Below, one piece after another: positions 49,608 through 63,171 of a stretch of 64,000 bases of DNA; within the stretch, counting starts at the first letter, position 1; every line of letters begins with the position of its first letter. The notes beneath the pieces are model-generated. The model saw only the letters and a list, made by a program, of their open reading frames with translations, was not told the DNA's origin and ran no database searches. The translations under genes and the position numbers were made by a program. Source of the DNA: Klebsormidium nitens (lineage: Eukaryota > Plantae > Klebsormidiophyceae); assembly GCA_000708835.1 (NCBI GenBank), contig DF237161.1:79391-143390 (forward strand). Direction: 5' to 3'.

Positions 49608-49676
49608 GGCCATTTTCTTGAGTGCAAACAAGAGTTGCCGCTGAGGCCTTTTTCTTGAGAGCAAACAAGAGTCGCC
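49608..49676 (+). repeat. Imperfect 32-nt direct repeat (period 37) ~110 nt upstream of the HDA9 start codon
   Basis: ggccattttcttgagtgcaaacaagagttgcc / ggcctttttcttgagagcaaacaagagtcgcc (3 mismatches). Confidence 0.6.
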
Positions 49677-49783
49677 AGATCCTAGTCAATGAGCTAGCAC
49701 CCGGCAAAGGCAAGCTTTCTTCGTGATGCATCTCCTGCCCTCGTACCCCACTCGGTAACTTAAGTCAAAGCCAGGCCCCCAGC

Positions 49784-52700
49784 ATGGCACCCCGTAAGGA
49801 CCGCGTGTCCTACTTCTTTGATGCTGACGTCGGCAGCGTCTACTATGGTCCCAACCACCCCATGAAACCGCACCGCCTGTGCATGGCACACAGTCTAATT
49901 CTGGGATATGGACTGCACGAGAAGCTGGAGGTATACCGGCCCCACAAGGCGTACCCGCAGGAGTTCGCGCAATTCCATTCCACAGATTATGTGGAATTTC
50001 TGCACCGGATCACGCCCGAGATGACGGACTACTACAAGGACCAGCTGGTGCGATGTGAGTTTATCTGACTGTTCGACCAGGACATGCTGACTTGGCAACT
50101 TTGCTTTGGTCGTTTTCTGCGGAGCGTTCGTTATGATGTTGCGGTGCTGTGGGTTTTATCTTAAGGCTTTTTCTCTGCCAATTTCTGGCGGAGATTTTTG
50201 AATCCTGAAATACCATCTGCTCTCATTGGTGTTACTCTGCTGGATATATAGGTGGTCATCAGGCTTCTTGGCTGGGGGGGTGGTAAGAGTGCTCCGCTTG
50301 ACTAATTCAGCACCGGGGCCGTTCTTGTCTCTTAAGTGGAAAAGAAGCATTCTCAGAGGAGGACAGCGGAGATGAAAAGTTGCTGGCGTTGATCATGAAA
50401 GGAGTCAACGGCAGGAGTGAACACTTGGCAAAGTATCAGCATAGGCGGCAGTTCATCATGTTTTGACTTTGCCTGGTGAATAGAAACGGATCAGGTGATC
50501 TCTGTAGGTGTGAAGGAGGACTTGAGGGGTGCAGCGCTTCGATCTTGTGGGGAAACTGGCTTCAATTGCTGGGTATATTCATCTTTGAGTACTCGAAATT
50601 CAAAGCAGGTCGTTCTGCGAAGCTTTACAGCGGGGGTCTCCTGATTCTTGCTTGCTATGGTGCCTGCAGACAACATGGGCGAGGACTGTCCCGTGTTTGA
50701 CGGCCTCATCGACTTCTGCAAGATTTACACGGGGGGCACCATTGACGGCGCGGTGCGGTTGAACCATGGCCTGTGCGACATTGCGATCAACTGGTCCGGC
50801 GGGTTGCATCATGCCAAGAAGCAGGAGGCCAGCGGGTTTTGTTACATCAACGATCTTGTGCTGGGCATCCTGGAGCTGCTCAAGTACCACGCCCGCGTTT
50901 TGTACATAGACATTGACATTCATCATGGGGACGGGGTTGAGGAGGCGTTCTACATGACAGATAGGTGAGAGGTTGGGTAAGGGGTTACTGTGGCATGAGG
51001 AATCTCGTGCTGAAGCATCTGTGATTGACTACCTTTCTCAGTAGAAGACTGAGAAACTGGCTTGAGTGTTCGAGAAGACTTCATTACAGGATAGGTCGTA
51101 AGTAACCAAGAAGGCAGATCTGCGATTGTTCAACAGGCACTGCGGTTTTCTGTTGAAGACCTCTCTGAAGACCGTTCTGTGAACAGGTTTGCTCCGTGCG
51201 ATGCCCCTGGTTTTGGATCACTGCCAATCGCTTCTTGCAAAGACGACTCAATGTCACCAACTACGAAGGGTCAAGTTACCCCAACTCCACAGACAAGCCT
51301 TGGAACTCATCCTTGATCAATCAACATCGCAGGGTAATGACCGTGAGCTTCCACAAGTACGGCGACTACTTCTTCCCTGGGACGGGGGACGTCAAAGATA
51401 TTGGCGAGAGGGATGGCAAGTTCTACGCCGTCAACGTGCCGTTCAAGGACGGCATTGACGATGCTGGCTTCCATAAGCTATTCAAACCGGTAAGTCTCTT
51501 AGCCATGTTCTGTCAGAACCGGAGGAGGGAGAACGTGGACTTCCGTTGCCGTTTCCGGGACTTTGCCTTGGTTATCACCCCTGCATGATGCTGCAATCAA
51601 CGGTGGGCAGGCGTCGAGCATGCAACTTCCGGCCGTCGAAAGAGGTATGATAGCTAAGGCGGGGTCAGATTCGACGACGGAGTTCATCCATCTTCAGGGT
51701 TCTGTCAGCCTAACACGGCTCTCTGTCATTAAGGCCCATCGTCTGTAGCCGAAAGGAAAGAGACGGCTAGAAAGGCACCTTCCGGATCTCGTGGACGTCG
51801 CACTCAACCTCGTTCATCAACGCATCCGCTTTTCAAGAGCTTCAAAAGATGCGACTGGTCAAAAGGCAGTCTAGCTGGTTTAGCAGTAGCATAAGGATTA
51901 CGTGGGCCTTCTGCAGCCTTGTTCCTATCATTTCAATGACTTGCTGGTGTTTTCCCCTAGGTAATGACCAAGGTGATGGAGATTTTCCAGCCGGGCGCAG
52001 TCGTTTTGCAGTGCGGGGCAGACTCGCTCGCGGGGGACCGCCTCGGTTGCTTCAACCTCTCCATCGACGGTCACGCAGGTGTGGCATCGCGCACCCTCCG
52101 CTTTCTACTTGCTTCGTGTCTAAGTTTCAAGTCGACTCTGCCGTTTGTATTTGTTCTTTCTTTGCGTGTCTTCGCTGGTAACCAGGTGCTTCCCACCACA
52201 CCGGGGTCGAGTTGCGATAGGACGAGTTCCAGACGTCGTCAAGCAACTGTCTCGCTTGTTCCCGCTTCTATCAGGTTCTGTTCAGTCGCATCCCTGTACT
52301 GCCCTTTCATGGGCTTTTCAAAGGCCTCCTGAGTCCTGTAAGACGCTTACCACCATGCTTGCAGCGACGGCTCATGTGCAATGTGCATTGGGCCTCCGAA
52401 AAATGGCTTCTCATTGACGGTTGATTTGAACACGTTGCTGCCGCTATTTCGACAGAAGTTTGTCCACCCCAGCCGCTGACTGCTCCTTTGGCGTGCAGAG
52501 TGCGTCAAGTTTATGAAGAAGTTCGCCGTCCCGCTGCTGGTGACGGGCGGCGGCGGGTACACGAAGCAGAACGTGGCGCGCGCCTGGACGTACGAGACGG
52601 CGGTCCTGCTGGACGCGCAGCTCCCCAACGAGCTGCCCGTCACCGAGTACTACGAGTACTTCCGCCCCGACTACCTGCTCAAGCCGCCCGTCAACACGCT

Positions 52701-54175
52701 CATCGTGAGGCCCGCGGACTTTGTCGCACTTCTGCCTCTATTCCCCCGCTGTCTTCCTTCTTTTTCAGCTATACTTCGTCCCCTTTCTACTCCGAATGAT
52801 CTGTTGGCCCATCTTTTCTTCGTCGGGTGTTCATCTTTAGTGAACTTCTGTAGCATCTTCTGCTTGTCTTCCTGACTGATCGCACTGATGTCTTTGTCGT
52901 ACCTTCCCTTCGACACGGTCCCTTATCGTCGGCCCACTATGGAATGCCTTTCTCTCGAAAAGGAGATGACGGCCATTCTAGTCAGAAAAGTCTGATGATT
53001 GTTCCCTTCATAGGGGTAGCGGTAGATATTCAAGGCGTCCTCGAAGTGTCGAAATCTCCAGGATGGATAACAGCTTGGAGCAAACATCCTCGAAATTTTT
53101 TTCACCCTGACACATTGCATAGCCTTCTTAACGCATCCGATGCTCGAACCCCTTGCAGAACCTTCTCAAATTCTTCCAGAACCTCGGCTACGCGCTCGAA
53201 AATCAGACCTCGGCATTGCGACGTCTGTCTTCGCTAGCCTTCTAACCCTCTTGGGGTTCGCCCATCCCCAATCCCCTTTGCCTTCTCGAATTGGACTTAT
53301 TAGACCGTTCTCGTTCGCTCGCTGCGTGCAGGACAACGGCAACGCCAAGTCGTACCTGCAGGCCATCAAGAACACCATCATGGAGAACCTGCGCGCAATT
53401 GTGCACGCGCCCAGCGTGCAGATGCACGAGGTGCCGCCCGACTCGTACATTCCCGAGGTCGACCAGGACGACCTTACCAGCCCCGACGAGCGCTTCTCGC
53501 GTACGCAACTTCGCAACTCGAGTTTCCTTTTTCTTTGGCATCCTGTGATCTGTCGCCTCTTTCTGTGTTAAAAAAGTGAATGGGTGTACACCAGTTTCAG
53601 ATGAGGACTTTTGACGGGGACTGCAATGGCGGATGTTCTTACCAACGATCGTACAAGGAACGTTTGCACAAGTCAGCTTCCACATCCTTGGAAGCCAAAG
53701 CTGTGCCTTGAAACGGGCAGAAAGGGATGCTGCTGTTGAGTTTGTTACGTACACTGCAGCAGCTTTATGGAGGCTGTGGCTTTGCTACATCTACTTTCAG
53801 CTAAATGCCTGTACGTGTTTACGTGTTTCCCGCTTTGCGAAAACCAGGCTGTTGCACCCCCTCTCGTGCTCAATCGCTACAGAAGCCGCATCCAGCTCAT
53901 GCACGGCCAGCCCGTGAACTATGGACTCTGGCGGCAGACTCAAGGCTCACTTTTAGGACAACGATATTCCTAGCTTTACGTAGGCTCGAATTTGTTCGGT
54001 CGAGACACAGAGATCTTGTTCAACATTCAGTTGCAATCCTTGTTGGACACTCACCATTTTTGTCCTGTTCTCTGCAGAGTTTCAGAAGGACAAGATGGTA
54101 GCTAGAGACGATGAGTACTACGAGGATGAGTACGATCAGGACCATGATACAGAGGAGCCCAGAAGACATGCTTGA
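49784..54175 (+). CDS. HDA9: Class I (RPD3-type) histone deacetylase, HDA9/HDAC3 orthologue, ~437 aa
   Basis: Exons 49784-50054, 50670-50964, 51333-51489, 51961-52078, 52499-52704, 53332-53500, 54078-54175 (sum 1314 nt). Motifs [60 protein letters not shown] and RDDEYY closely match plant HDA9. Confidence 0.93.
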
Positions 54176-55066
54176 TCGTGAGGCCCTTGTTTCCCTAGCT
54201 AAGCGAGCTCGGGAAACATTGACTTCCAGTTGATCTCTCACATCGCCGTCTAATAATCGTGCTGTTCTTTTTGGGGCTGTGCTGCCATATCGAACTTGTC
54301 AGGATAATCAGCGCAGTGATGCTTCGAAAGCATACATAGTGCCTTTCCGGTCGGAACCCTTTCCATAGTGGGTGTACATCACGCGTTGTCAGCATGCCCC
54401 TCTCTGAAGGGTGGGTATGGTTGTACAGTCCCAATTCAATGCTCGGTTCATTCATTACGGATTTGGATGGTCGAAAAGAGACCAAAAAATCTTGAATTTC
54501 GCTCTCCAAAATTTATATGACGCTGCAATGCCGCCTAGGGGCCGCAGATCGACTATTTCGTGGCATGCATGGGTATAAGACTTAGAAATATATATTGAAT
54601 CCGACGAACTTCGCATATAATATGTCGCTAGTCGGCCATCTTGCATGCATGAGAGCTGGCCGCGTGCAATCGTCATTACGATCGAATCGGATATAAGCAG
54701 CCGCCCCCGGGCCTGGTACAGATCGACCGCACATAAAGCTTGCAAATTGCAATATCTTCATGTGCAATGATGTACGACCACGAATCAACATGCAGAGTCA
54801 AAAGTAGAGGGGTTATAAACCAACTCCAGTAGCTCCGAGCTGCTAGATATGGCAACCGTCTCGATCCAAATAACAGGGTCACCGCACTGATACTTGGCAA
54901 CTTGTTTTGCATGGTTGATCTTCATCATAATAAGAAGTATCCATCTTCCAAGGGGAAGCTTTGCTGCAATCTTTAGTCGGAAGTTTCATTCAACAGTACC
55001 CCCCACTTCTTACTTTAGCCTTGATTCACCAAGATTTGGCAGGCTGGTCGCCATTTGATGTCGAAC

Positions 55067-58000
55067 TCAATCGAAGCCGTTGTCATAGTCGTAGCTACCT
55101 GGTGGAGGCTCGGGACCAAATGTGTCCCACGGTGACTCGATGAAGTAGAATTTGCGGACGCGATTGCGGAGTATGGGCACCTGGGAACAGGAGTTGGGCG
55201 GCATCTTAGTTGCAGTGGCTCTTTGAAAGGAGAAATATGAGCGAGGCGTACATAAGACTAGTCAGAAAGAAGTCATTATGCACTCGAGATACTGACGCAT
55301 TGGCCGAAGCACAAGGTGCTGACGCTTCCCTTCGACCACAGCAAGAGAGTTGCAAACAAACCAGTCAAGGCCTGCGACAGCCACATTAAGAGGTCAGTGC
55401 AACTACACCAGACATGCTCTCCGAAACTAGGAGGACACCCTATTTCTTCTGTCAACCTCCGATGCTGACGAGAACTCAGGTAGACAACGGATCCAAAAGA
55501 CCATCTCTTTCCAACGCTGCCCTTCTTGCCACAGGAATTTATTGATTTCTGGATATTAAGAGCATACAACAGACACACGAAAGCACAAAACGGCGGACGA
55601 CTAGAGAAATTGTGCGACGAAAGGTCACCTGCTCCCACTGGAGCCCCGCCCTAATCTTTTCGAGCCTCGTCGCGTTGCGCCCGCCGTCTGGCTGCTCGCG
55701 GGCGCGGGAAGCTGCGTGGATTTGGACTATGCGGTCCGATGCAGAATCGCTAAAGAGCCACTCAACGTCGTCTATGACACCGTCTTCATCTACGAATGTC
55801 GCATAGACATACCTGTGAGCGGTGATGTGGTGGAACGGCTTTAGCGACATATGCAGCGTACTTGGAGCAACAAACGTCACTCGAATCGACTCTGGGTTCC
55901 ATGCGTGAAACTTGATCAGAAGAACCTCGAGAGTCTCTGACTTGAGACAATCCAGGAGGTGATTAGGTAAGGCCACAGTTCAGCGACTTCGGAAGATTCA
56001 GCACTGTCCAGAGTTCGTGGATTGTGTAACAGGAATGCGTACGGTTAATGCAGAAGATACTCTCAAGATTCTTTCGAAAGCAGCTCTGCAGGAATCCCGG
56101 ATAACCAAGAGCTTTTGTAAGAGCTTTTGTAAGATATGGAGACAGGCCTGTCAGGCGGTTAGCGAAGTTGAAGGTGACAGAATCCCCTGGTGCTGAACAT
56201 AAACGCCCTGCAACGGACTGATACTCAATGTCTCACTCTCCACGTTTTACCGTTTCCTAGCAATACGAGTACGACCACTTTCCATCGTGGTCGTGGTCCT
56301 ACCAAGCTCTTGGTGGGGCCAAACTGCAACGAGGCAGAGGGGAAGGGGCAGGGCAAGCGCACCGCGTGATGGACCTACTTTTGCTGCGCCTCATTCACGG
56401 TGCCCCCTAGTCGCTCGATCTGCTGTTCCAAAGTGCGGACCGCTTCAGGGAGGCTGGCTGGATACTCCCAGGGTGCGCAAAAGAAGGGAGGTCTGCACAC
56501 GTCTGCGGAAAGGGTTGACTCATTTGATTGGCAACCCTTGATGCCCGGAAGAGATCTAGATGCCACCGTACATCACAACATATCTTTCTTTCAAACCACA
56601 TTTGCAGTGGCCTTTTCACGAGTACAGGGCAGGGCTGCTGGCCGAATTTGCGGTCAGGCTTCGACAGAGTTCCGCTGATAAAAAGGTCTTAAGCAGAAAT
56701 GCACCTGCTGAAAACGAACTGCGAACCCATTACCTTCATATCGGAGGGATCACTTTACAATTGGCGAGCCGGGTTAGGACCGGATTAAAGGATCTTGAAA
56801 ACGGCGACGAACAGCGACAACATGTAAATGGTGATAGACAAGAAGAAAGTTGGCAGATAACCTCACCTGTCATCGAATGAAGACACACAATTTGTTATTG
56901 AACCGCAACTGCAAGGCAAAGGGCAGTATATGGTAACGAGATTCCGATTTGCCTTCGATATAGACCCCTGATCATCTTGACTTCAGCGGCCACCAAACAT
57001 CGACCATACTGATTCCAAATTGCTTTGATGTGCTCGAGTTCTGGATCTTGAAGTCTCTTGTGGTCTAACAAAGCTGATGCATGGTCATTAGACTTTCGCA
57101 GATGTGAATGTGGGTTTTTATCACTCCACAGATCAAACGAACATGCTATGCTCTTTTTTGTGAGCAGCTGACCATGCCAAGGAAATGGGCTTCAAACTCT
57201 CTATACGCTTATGTAAGGCCCCAGCAGATCAGGAAATGCCAAGAGGTCAGGGCCTGGATTTTCCCCTCACCTGGCTAGCGTGTCGTCTACAACTCCAATA
57301 CCTGCGATGATAGACGGCTTTGCATTTCAGTTGCATGGTTGAGATCCTGACAGCAAGATCCACAAATGCTGGGCCCTTTAGTAATCTGGTTGCTGCAGAG
57401 GCATAGCCTATGGAAATTGCTCTGCCATCACTGGCAGCAGTCCCCCCCGCGTTTGTGAAGCCAAAAACTTGACCGCAACACCGGAATCATGGTCTCTGGA
57501 CTCTGGAGGATTCATACGTCAGTGCCAGTCAGGCCAATACTGAGGTCAGGCGAACACTTCACACTGCAGACAGCTGGTCAACTTTCTCGATTGGCCGAAT
57601 TCATCCAGATGGTAAGAAGTCAATGGAGTCAAGCTCGAATGGATCCCCAGATTGTGGAATCTTATCCAGAGCTTTGCTCCAAAAATAGGACGGGGCCATC
57701 CTCCAGATACTCACATGTTGCACAAGTGCCTTCGGACGGAGCAGTTTGAACCGCAGGGGTGGACCAAGGCAGCCCCCAGCCGGCTGCACTCGCAGGGCCC
57801 GGCCATTGCAACCTCGACCAGTCAGCCAAGGCTCCACCAAGCAGCCAGGACAAAAACTGTCTTCGGCCTTGACCCTCCTTTTCAGTTCTTAGCAATCTCT
57901 TTTGTCGCTTGTCCTTTGGTTCTTCAGGCGTGGTCACATCAGAGACGGCATTCTTTTGTAACATTGCAGTCGATCTGTCGCACACTGGCGGCGTATGTTG

Positions 58001-58195
58001 TGACAAACTGCAGCGCCTCGTTGGCCTGCTTCTTGGTTGATGCATACCACCATCTGCATCAGCCCCCTTGGTATTTGAAATTGTTGAACGCAACCTGGAA
58101 GCGGACTTTTCCCAACCTTGTTTCTTACCACTAAGGCCACTCGCGCTGCGATTGATACAAGCAGTGTTCACGCTGTGATAACAACTTAGTGACAT
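55067..58195 (-). CDS. DUF1499-family protein with transit peptide and twin-arginine (Tat) thylakoid signal, ~321 aa
   Basis: Exons 58195-57715, 57301-57271, 56908-56867, 56492-56379, 55812-55629, 55180-55067 are all in phase (sum 966 nt). They give RRQFLSWLLGGA…GPASAA, CATCIGVVDDTLASCGSITNCVSSFDDRPPFFCAPW, IDDVEWLF…ASR…RNATRLEKIR and VPILRNR. The start codon is uncertain. Confidence 0.72.
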
Positions 58196-60790
58196 GTTTG
58201 ATGGCCAGCTATTTCGCAATCAGAGAAGGCTGCTTGAAGATGGCCTACTCGATGCCCTGAAGCCAGCCTACAAAGCGCCACCCAGCTGACCCCCAGCAGA
58301 TGCCCGCTTCGATGAATGCTACAGTGGTTCCTTCCACGTCAGACGACAATTGAAGCTCACGATCAGCTGGTGTGATCTTCAGCCGTTTGCAATCTTGGAA
58401 GAAGCCTCAGTGAATATTAGAAATTAGAATGCAGCCATGATCACGAGCATCCTGCACGAAGAACAACCGGTTGAAGTTGAAGTTGAACTACGGTAGTTTG
58501 AAGAGCTGGAGCTAGCTGGAGCGGGCTGCGCGCGCGGTCACGTCTTGGATTTCAGTTCCATTTTTCCTCACTGCTGACATCAACAACTAATACATAGACT
58601 GCATAGAAGCCCTACCATTGGCGGCTGGTGCATGTATTTTGGACCGAGGTTGGACAGGGTCAGCTGGCAAAGTGCATCATGCAATACTAGAATGATGATC
58701 AACAATGGAGCACTAGTACTAGTAGTAGAACGGCGCGCTGAAAGAGCGCTGCACACTGGTCCTGCAGTCTCTGATCAGCACAATGCAGCTAGCTGCTCTC
58801 GATACGGTTTGCTGTGATTTGTATGCTGGTCATTGACTTACAGCATTCCAGCATTCTAAATTTGCATAGGTCTTATGATGCAGCATGAACGAGATTGTTA
58901 ACTTTTTGCGGGGCCACACCAAAGTGGTGTGTGATGCTTGAGCAGGTTAGCACAAGCGCAGGGCATTCTCAGCTGTTCCATAAGAATTGGCTGCAGCACT
59001 GCTTGCAGCCCTGCCAGAAGCTGAAGCCAGCGCACACCAATTGCACTCTCAGAAGCCACTTGGGTGAGTCGTCTTGGACATTCAATGCCCTTCGAGCACA
59101 AATTTCATTTGGAGCTGCACTTTTGAGGATTTGGGGATCGCCAAATGTAATTGACCATTCCGTACTGAGCTTTCTGTCTTCCAGCCCATCTGGTTAAGAA
59201 ACAGAGAAGAAATGCTCCGCGGCTGAGGTGAACTTGTGCCCAGTCAGGCTCCGGGGAGGACCTTCAATTCGGTGGTGGATGATAGAAGTGACCCAGAACA
59301 CGTTAGTTCTGTAGCTTTTATTTGGACATGTTTCTTGCTTGTCCTGTTGGTCTTCTCCTGTTCCAGCTATTACTGCACCCTTCTACCTCGAAAGAGCTGT
59401 TCTGCAACTTTTGTAGGATAACTTTCAGTGCCCACTTCAAAGACCCCAATGGCCTGGTCCTGCGCCGTCGATCATACCTTGGATTAGTAGTGTCTGCTGT
59501 CTTCCTCAGGATTTCCCCCCTTTTATACCTTTTTGGTTACATGCAACCAGCAATCTGTCAGATTCCAAGCATTGCAGAACGCTTGTACCAGAAAGCTTTA
59601 CAAAATGATTCATTGATAGCAACCTCTGCGGTGGCGTATCTGGCATCTTTTTAATTCTCCTCGTCCTCTGCGTTCCCTTTCCTTTTTTGGAGTGTCCTGA
59701 CTGCATTGATTGAACCTTTGTCCGACCTCTGAGCATTGTGCACTGGTCTACCTTTCGCTCTTCCAAGGCAGAACGTTGATGATCGTTCCAGCGACCTTAC
59801 TCGCGGAATGAGCTCAACACAAATCTCCCACCTTTCTGACACCTTCGCATCGGAAAACTTCTTTTGAGCAGTTTTCACACTCGAACTTGCTTCAAGAGCT
59901 GCAAGACAGATCCGGTGTAGTGCCTCCTTCTAGTCAGTGACCTCATCTCACCCTCTTGTTGCAAAATCAGTACGTTGTAATCTTCAGATGAAGATCCAAT
60001 TTAATGAAACGGCTTTCTCTCAGCCAAGTCCCTTGGATCAACCTTGATGACCCTTTTCGTGGCGCAGGTCCCCCTCCCCTGGACACACCTCCTGCCATCG
60101 TCATCCACATGCCATGTATCAGAATCAGCGCCCCTGACATCGCAACACAGATTCTCACAACAACTGCAGTCCCACCAGACGTCCAATCGCACGGTAAGTT
60201 CTTGCTCACCTTGAATTAAAGGTCCAAGCGATGTTTCTTTTTGAATCTGGGCTGCGACTGGGGTTATGTCCTGCTATTGATTAGAGACACGACCTCTACA
60301 ATCGCTGGCGTATGGAGGTGCTAGGCGTCCGATTTGAGCTCACGCTTGCAGACGCATGAATATTCCAGGTGCTTTTCTAAGCCAAACTAAGTCGGGTCTG
60401 CACTGAGCCGTCAGACCCTTGGTCAGGGACTGCCAGGCTCCCAGTGGGCTCCGCTTGTGCATGTACTTCTTCTCAAAGGTCCTTTCTGCTAGCTCTCTAG
60501 ACTTCCTGGCCATTGAATTCAGAAGTATGAATGCCTGTAGGACAAGTTAGGGTTGAAAAGCGAGTTCGTGAGACCATTCTCTTTCTTGATCGTTTTCCAG
60601 GGCCCTCAAAAACCGCACGTCTTGTTTATGCAAGCCCGGCTTATTCAGGAGTGGTGGGGATTTGGCACACTCCATACCATTTCCCTACTCCCTGTTTGAT
60701 ACACTTTTAATCTCATGCTATCCATTGGCTCAAGCAGACTCACTTTCAGCGATGACACCTGTGCAATTTGTCTGTCTGCTCGCAGCAGAG

Positions 60791-62623
60791 ATGAAGGTCG
60801 AAAACCTGCGGAAGCTGGCGCAAGTCATTATCATTCGTCATGGAGAGAAGGACGAAAAAAACGATCCGGTTCATCTTGACGGAGCGGGCATGGTCAGGGC
60901 GGTTAAGCTCCCGGACTTCTTGCTGGATACGCAATCGCCTTGGAAGCGGCCTGACGTCATCTACGCAATGAAGCAGCACGATGCGGGCAGCAGCCGGCGA
61001 CCGCTGGAGACGGTCTTATCGCTGGCGGACCGCCTCGGCTTGACCGTGAAAGAAGGTAACTTACGCATACCACGTAAGGACACGGATTTGCTTAAGGATT
61101 CGTTGAAAGGGGCACGATTGTCGATCCCATGTCACCGACGAATGTTGTCTAATCTACTGATAGGATTACGGCTTCGGGGTTTTGCTTCTAGGATCCCTTT
61201 CAGCGTCAACGGACAACTTCTTCTTCGCAACTCTGGATTCTTCTTTGATGGTTTTTCGAGCGCCATAAGGTGGATCGAACATGTCTCCGGAAACAGGATC
61301 TAAACATCTGGATCCTCTTTTTGGCGTGAGCTCAGACGCTTTGAGCAGCGCCCAAAAGTTCCACTCATCCCGACCGCCACTGACAGTGCTTGTCTCCTTA
61401 CTTGCAGGCAAGGTCAATGACACAAAGACGTTCTATAACAACTTCACCAGGAAGGAGTGGGAGAAGTTGGTCGAGTCGATCTTGGACGGGACCCACGAGG
61501 GGAAGACGGTCCTCGTCTGCTGGGAGCACAAGCTCGAAGTTGACATTGCGAATCACCTGGGCATTCCCGTGAAAGGTAATGCTCTGCTGAGAACACATAA
61601 GCTTCAACATACAGGATACATTGTTTGGGAAAGGCTGTGGAATAATAGCACCTCAAAAGAGCTCTTTGGGGGCGTCAACTCACGAGGTTTTTCTGGTTGA
61701 GGGTGTCCTCATCAGCGCCCCGTTGCATCTGAGGCATAGTCGTAAACAGTCTATGTCTGACGACAGGTCGACCAATTTGGTTGACAGCCAATCTACGAAG
61801 GTCCTGAACGTCAATTTGAAAAGAAAACCTTTGACATCTTCCATTTTCGCAGGCTGGGGTCTAGACCCTTTCCAAGAAGACGGAGGAAGCAAAAAGGACA
61901 TCAAAAAGGCAGAGAACAACTACACCGCGATCTGGGTTCTCACCCCTGCTGGCAAAGACGTCAGGTAAGCGCTGCCTTCGTTGCGCCGGCCATGGTCGAC
62001 GTTTCACGAATCTGCTTATCAAGATTCGGGGCCAGAATGGGCAGTATCTGTTGGTAAATCATGACCTATGGACTGTGCGGGCAGGTCCGTTTCTTAACTT
62101 GCAACCTTCTCATCGTTGTAAGGTTGATCCTGATCAGAACTCTTTGCTTACACGAAAGATGAACGTCGACACATCAGTTCGTTTCACGTAGCCCGTGGAG
62201 TTGTCACTCGTTCGCCGACGACAGGTGCGTCGTGCATTTTGTCTGCACCTGCCTGTTTCGAAGCGTACAATTGTTCATGAGGGTGAAGAGCAAGTGGAAG
62301 GACGAATCTACGAGACAGGACATCAAGGCTTTGCTTCCAACGTCTGAACCTGCTCTTCAATGAACGGATTCGAGGGTCTTGCAAGCTTGGCGCTATCCTT
62401 TGTGGCGCGATGGTTTGATTATTCGAGGCCCTTTGCGAGAGCACCCAGCTTCAAATTTGTTTTGTGCAGATTCGACGTTTTCAAAGAGTTTGACGTCGAC
62501 CCGGACTCGTACGAGCTGACGTACCCAAAGAAGCCTCAAGTCCCCCTCCATACCAGGATCTTCAAAGGCGACGACCTTCGGCAAACCATGAAGCACCCTA
62601 ATAAGAGTGTTGATAGCGATTGA
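60791..62623 (+). CDS. Histidine phosphatase superfamily (phosphoglycerate mutase-like) protein, ~232 aa
   Basis: Exons 60791-61055, 61408-61575, 61853-61964, 62470-62623 (sum 699 nt). Catalytic RHGEK, G..RA..L, S.RPLETV..LA and LVCWEH motifs are present. Confidence 0.82.
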
Positions 62624-62803
62624 CTGCCCGATGTAACCAGTTGAGAGTTGGTGGTCGGAGGTGGGGCAAGCGTCAACTTGTTTGGCTAACCTTGTCGAAG
62701 TAGCGGGTCAGTCACCGACACAATTCCAACGATTCATTGGTCTTGGGCCCCTGAAGCAGATCAACATACAGTCCGCTCCCTTGATGGGAAAGTTTTTTAA
62801 AGG

Positions 62804-63052
62804 TATCGTAGATGCTACTCCAGATTGTGCATAAGAAGAATACCCGTTATTAATCGGAGTCAAAGTTTTGATTGAAGTTGCATAGACCTGTATCATAGAT
62901 GCTACTTCAGATTGTGCATAAGAAGATCATACCCGTTATTATGAGGAGTCGAGGTTTTATTGAAGTTGCATATAGGTATCATATAGATGCTACTCCAGAT
63001 TGTCATAAGAAGAATACCCGTTATCATTATAGAAGTCAAAGTTCTGATTGAT
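62804..63052. repeat. Minisatellite: three diverged 87-88-nt AT-rich units
   Basis: The core tagatgctact(c/t)cagattgt(g)cataagaaga..tacccgttat recurs at 62809, 62896 and 62984. The whole unit is conserved, not only a repeat separated by unique spacers. Confidence 0.85.
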
Positions 63053-63171
63053 CGGACCTGTGGCGCCATTGTCATGGCAAGCCTGGTCGATGATGTTGGT
63101 GTGCTTAGTCTCATGTGTAGAGGTATTCCGATCGAAACTCGCTGCACGCCGGCAATATCGGTTAAATACAT

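Noticed and set aside
53882-53945. Extra HDA9 exon at the acceptor near 53882
   Set aside because: It introduces an in-frame stop. Direct splicing 53500 to 54078 restores the conserved RDDEY tail.
58600-60200. Possible plus-strand multi-exon gene (ORFs 58895, 59322, 60004)
   Set aside because: Exon phases are inconsistent and no family motif is present. It may be UTR or decayed sequence.
62804-63052. CRISPR array
   Set aside because: The entire 87-88-nt unit is conserved, with no unique spacers. There are no cas genes and the context is eukaryotic.
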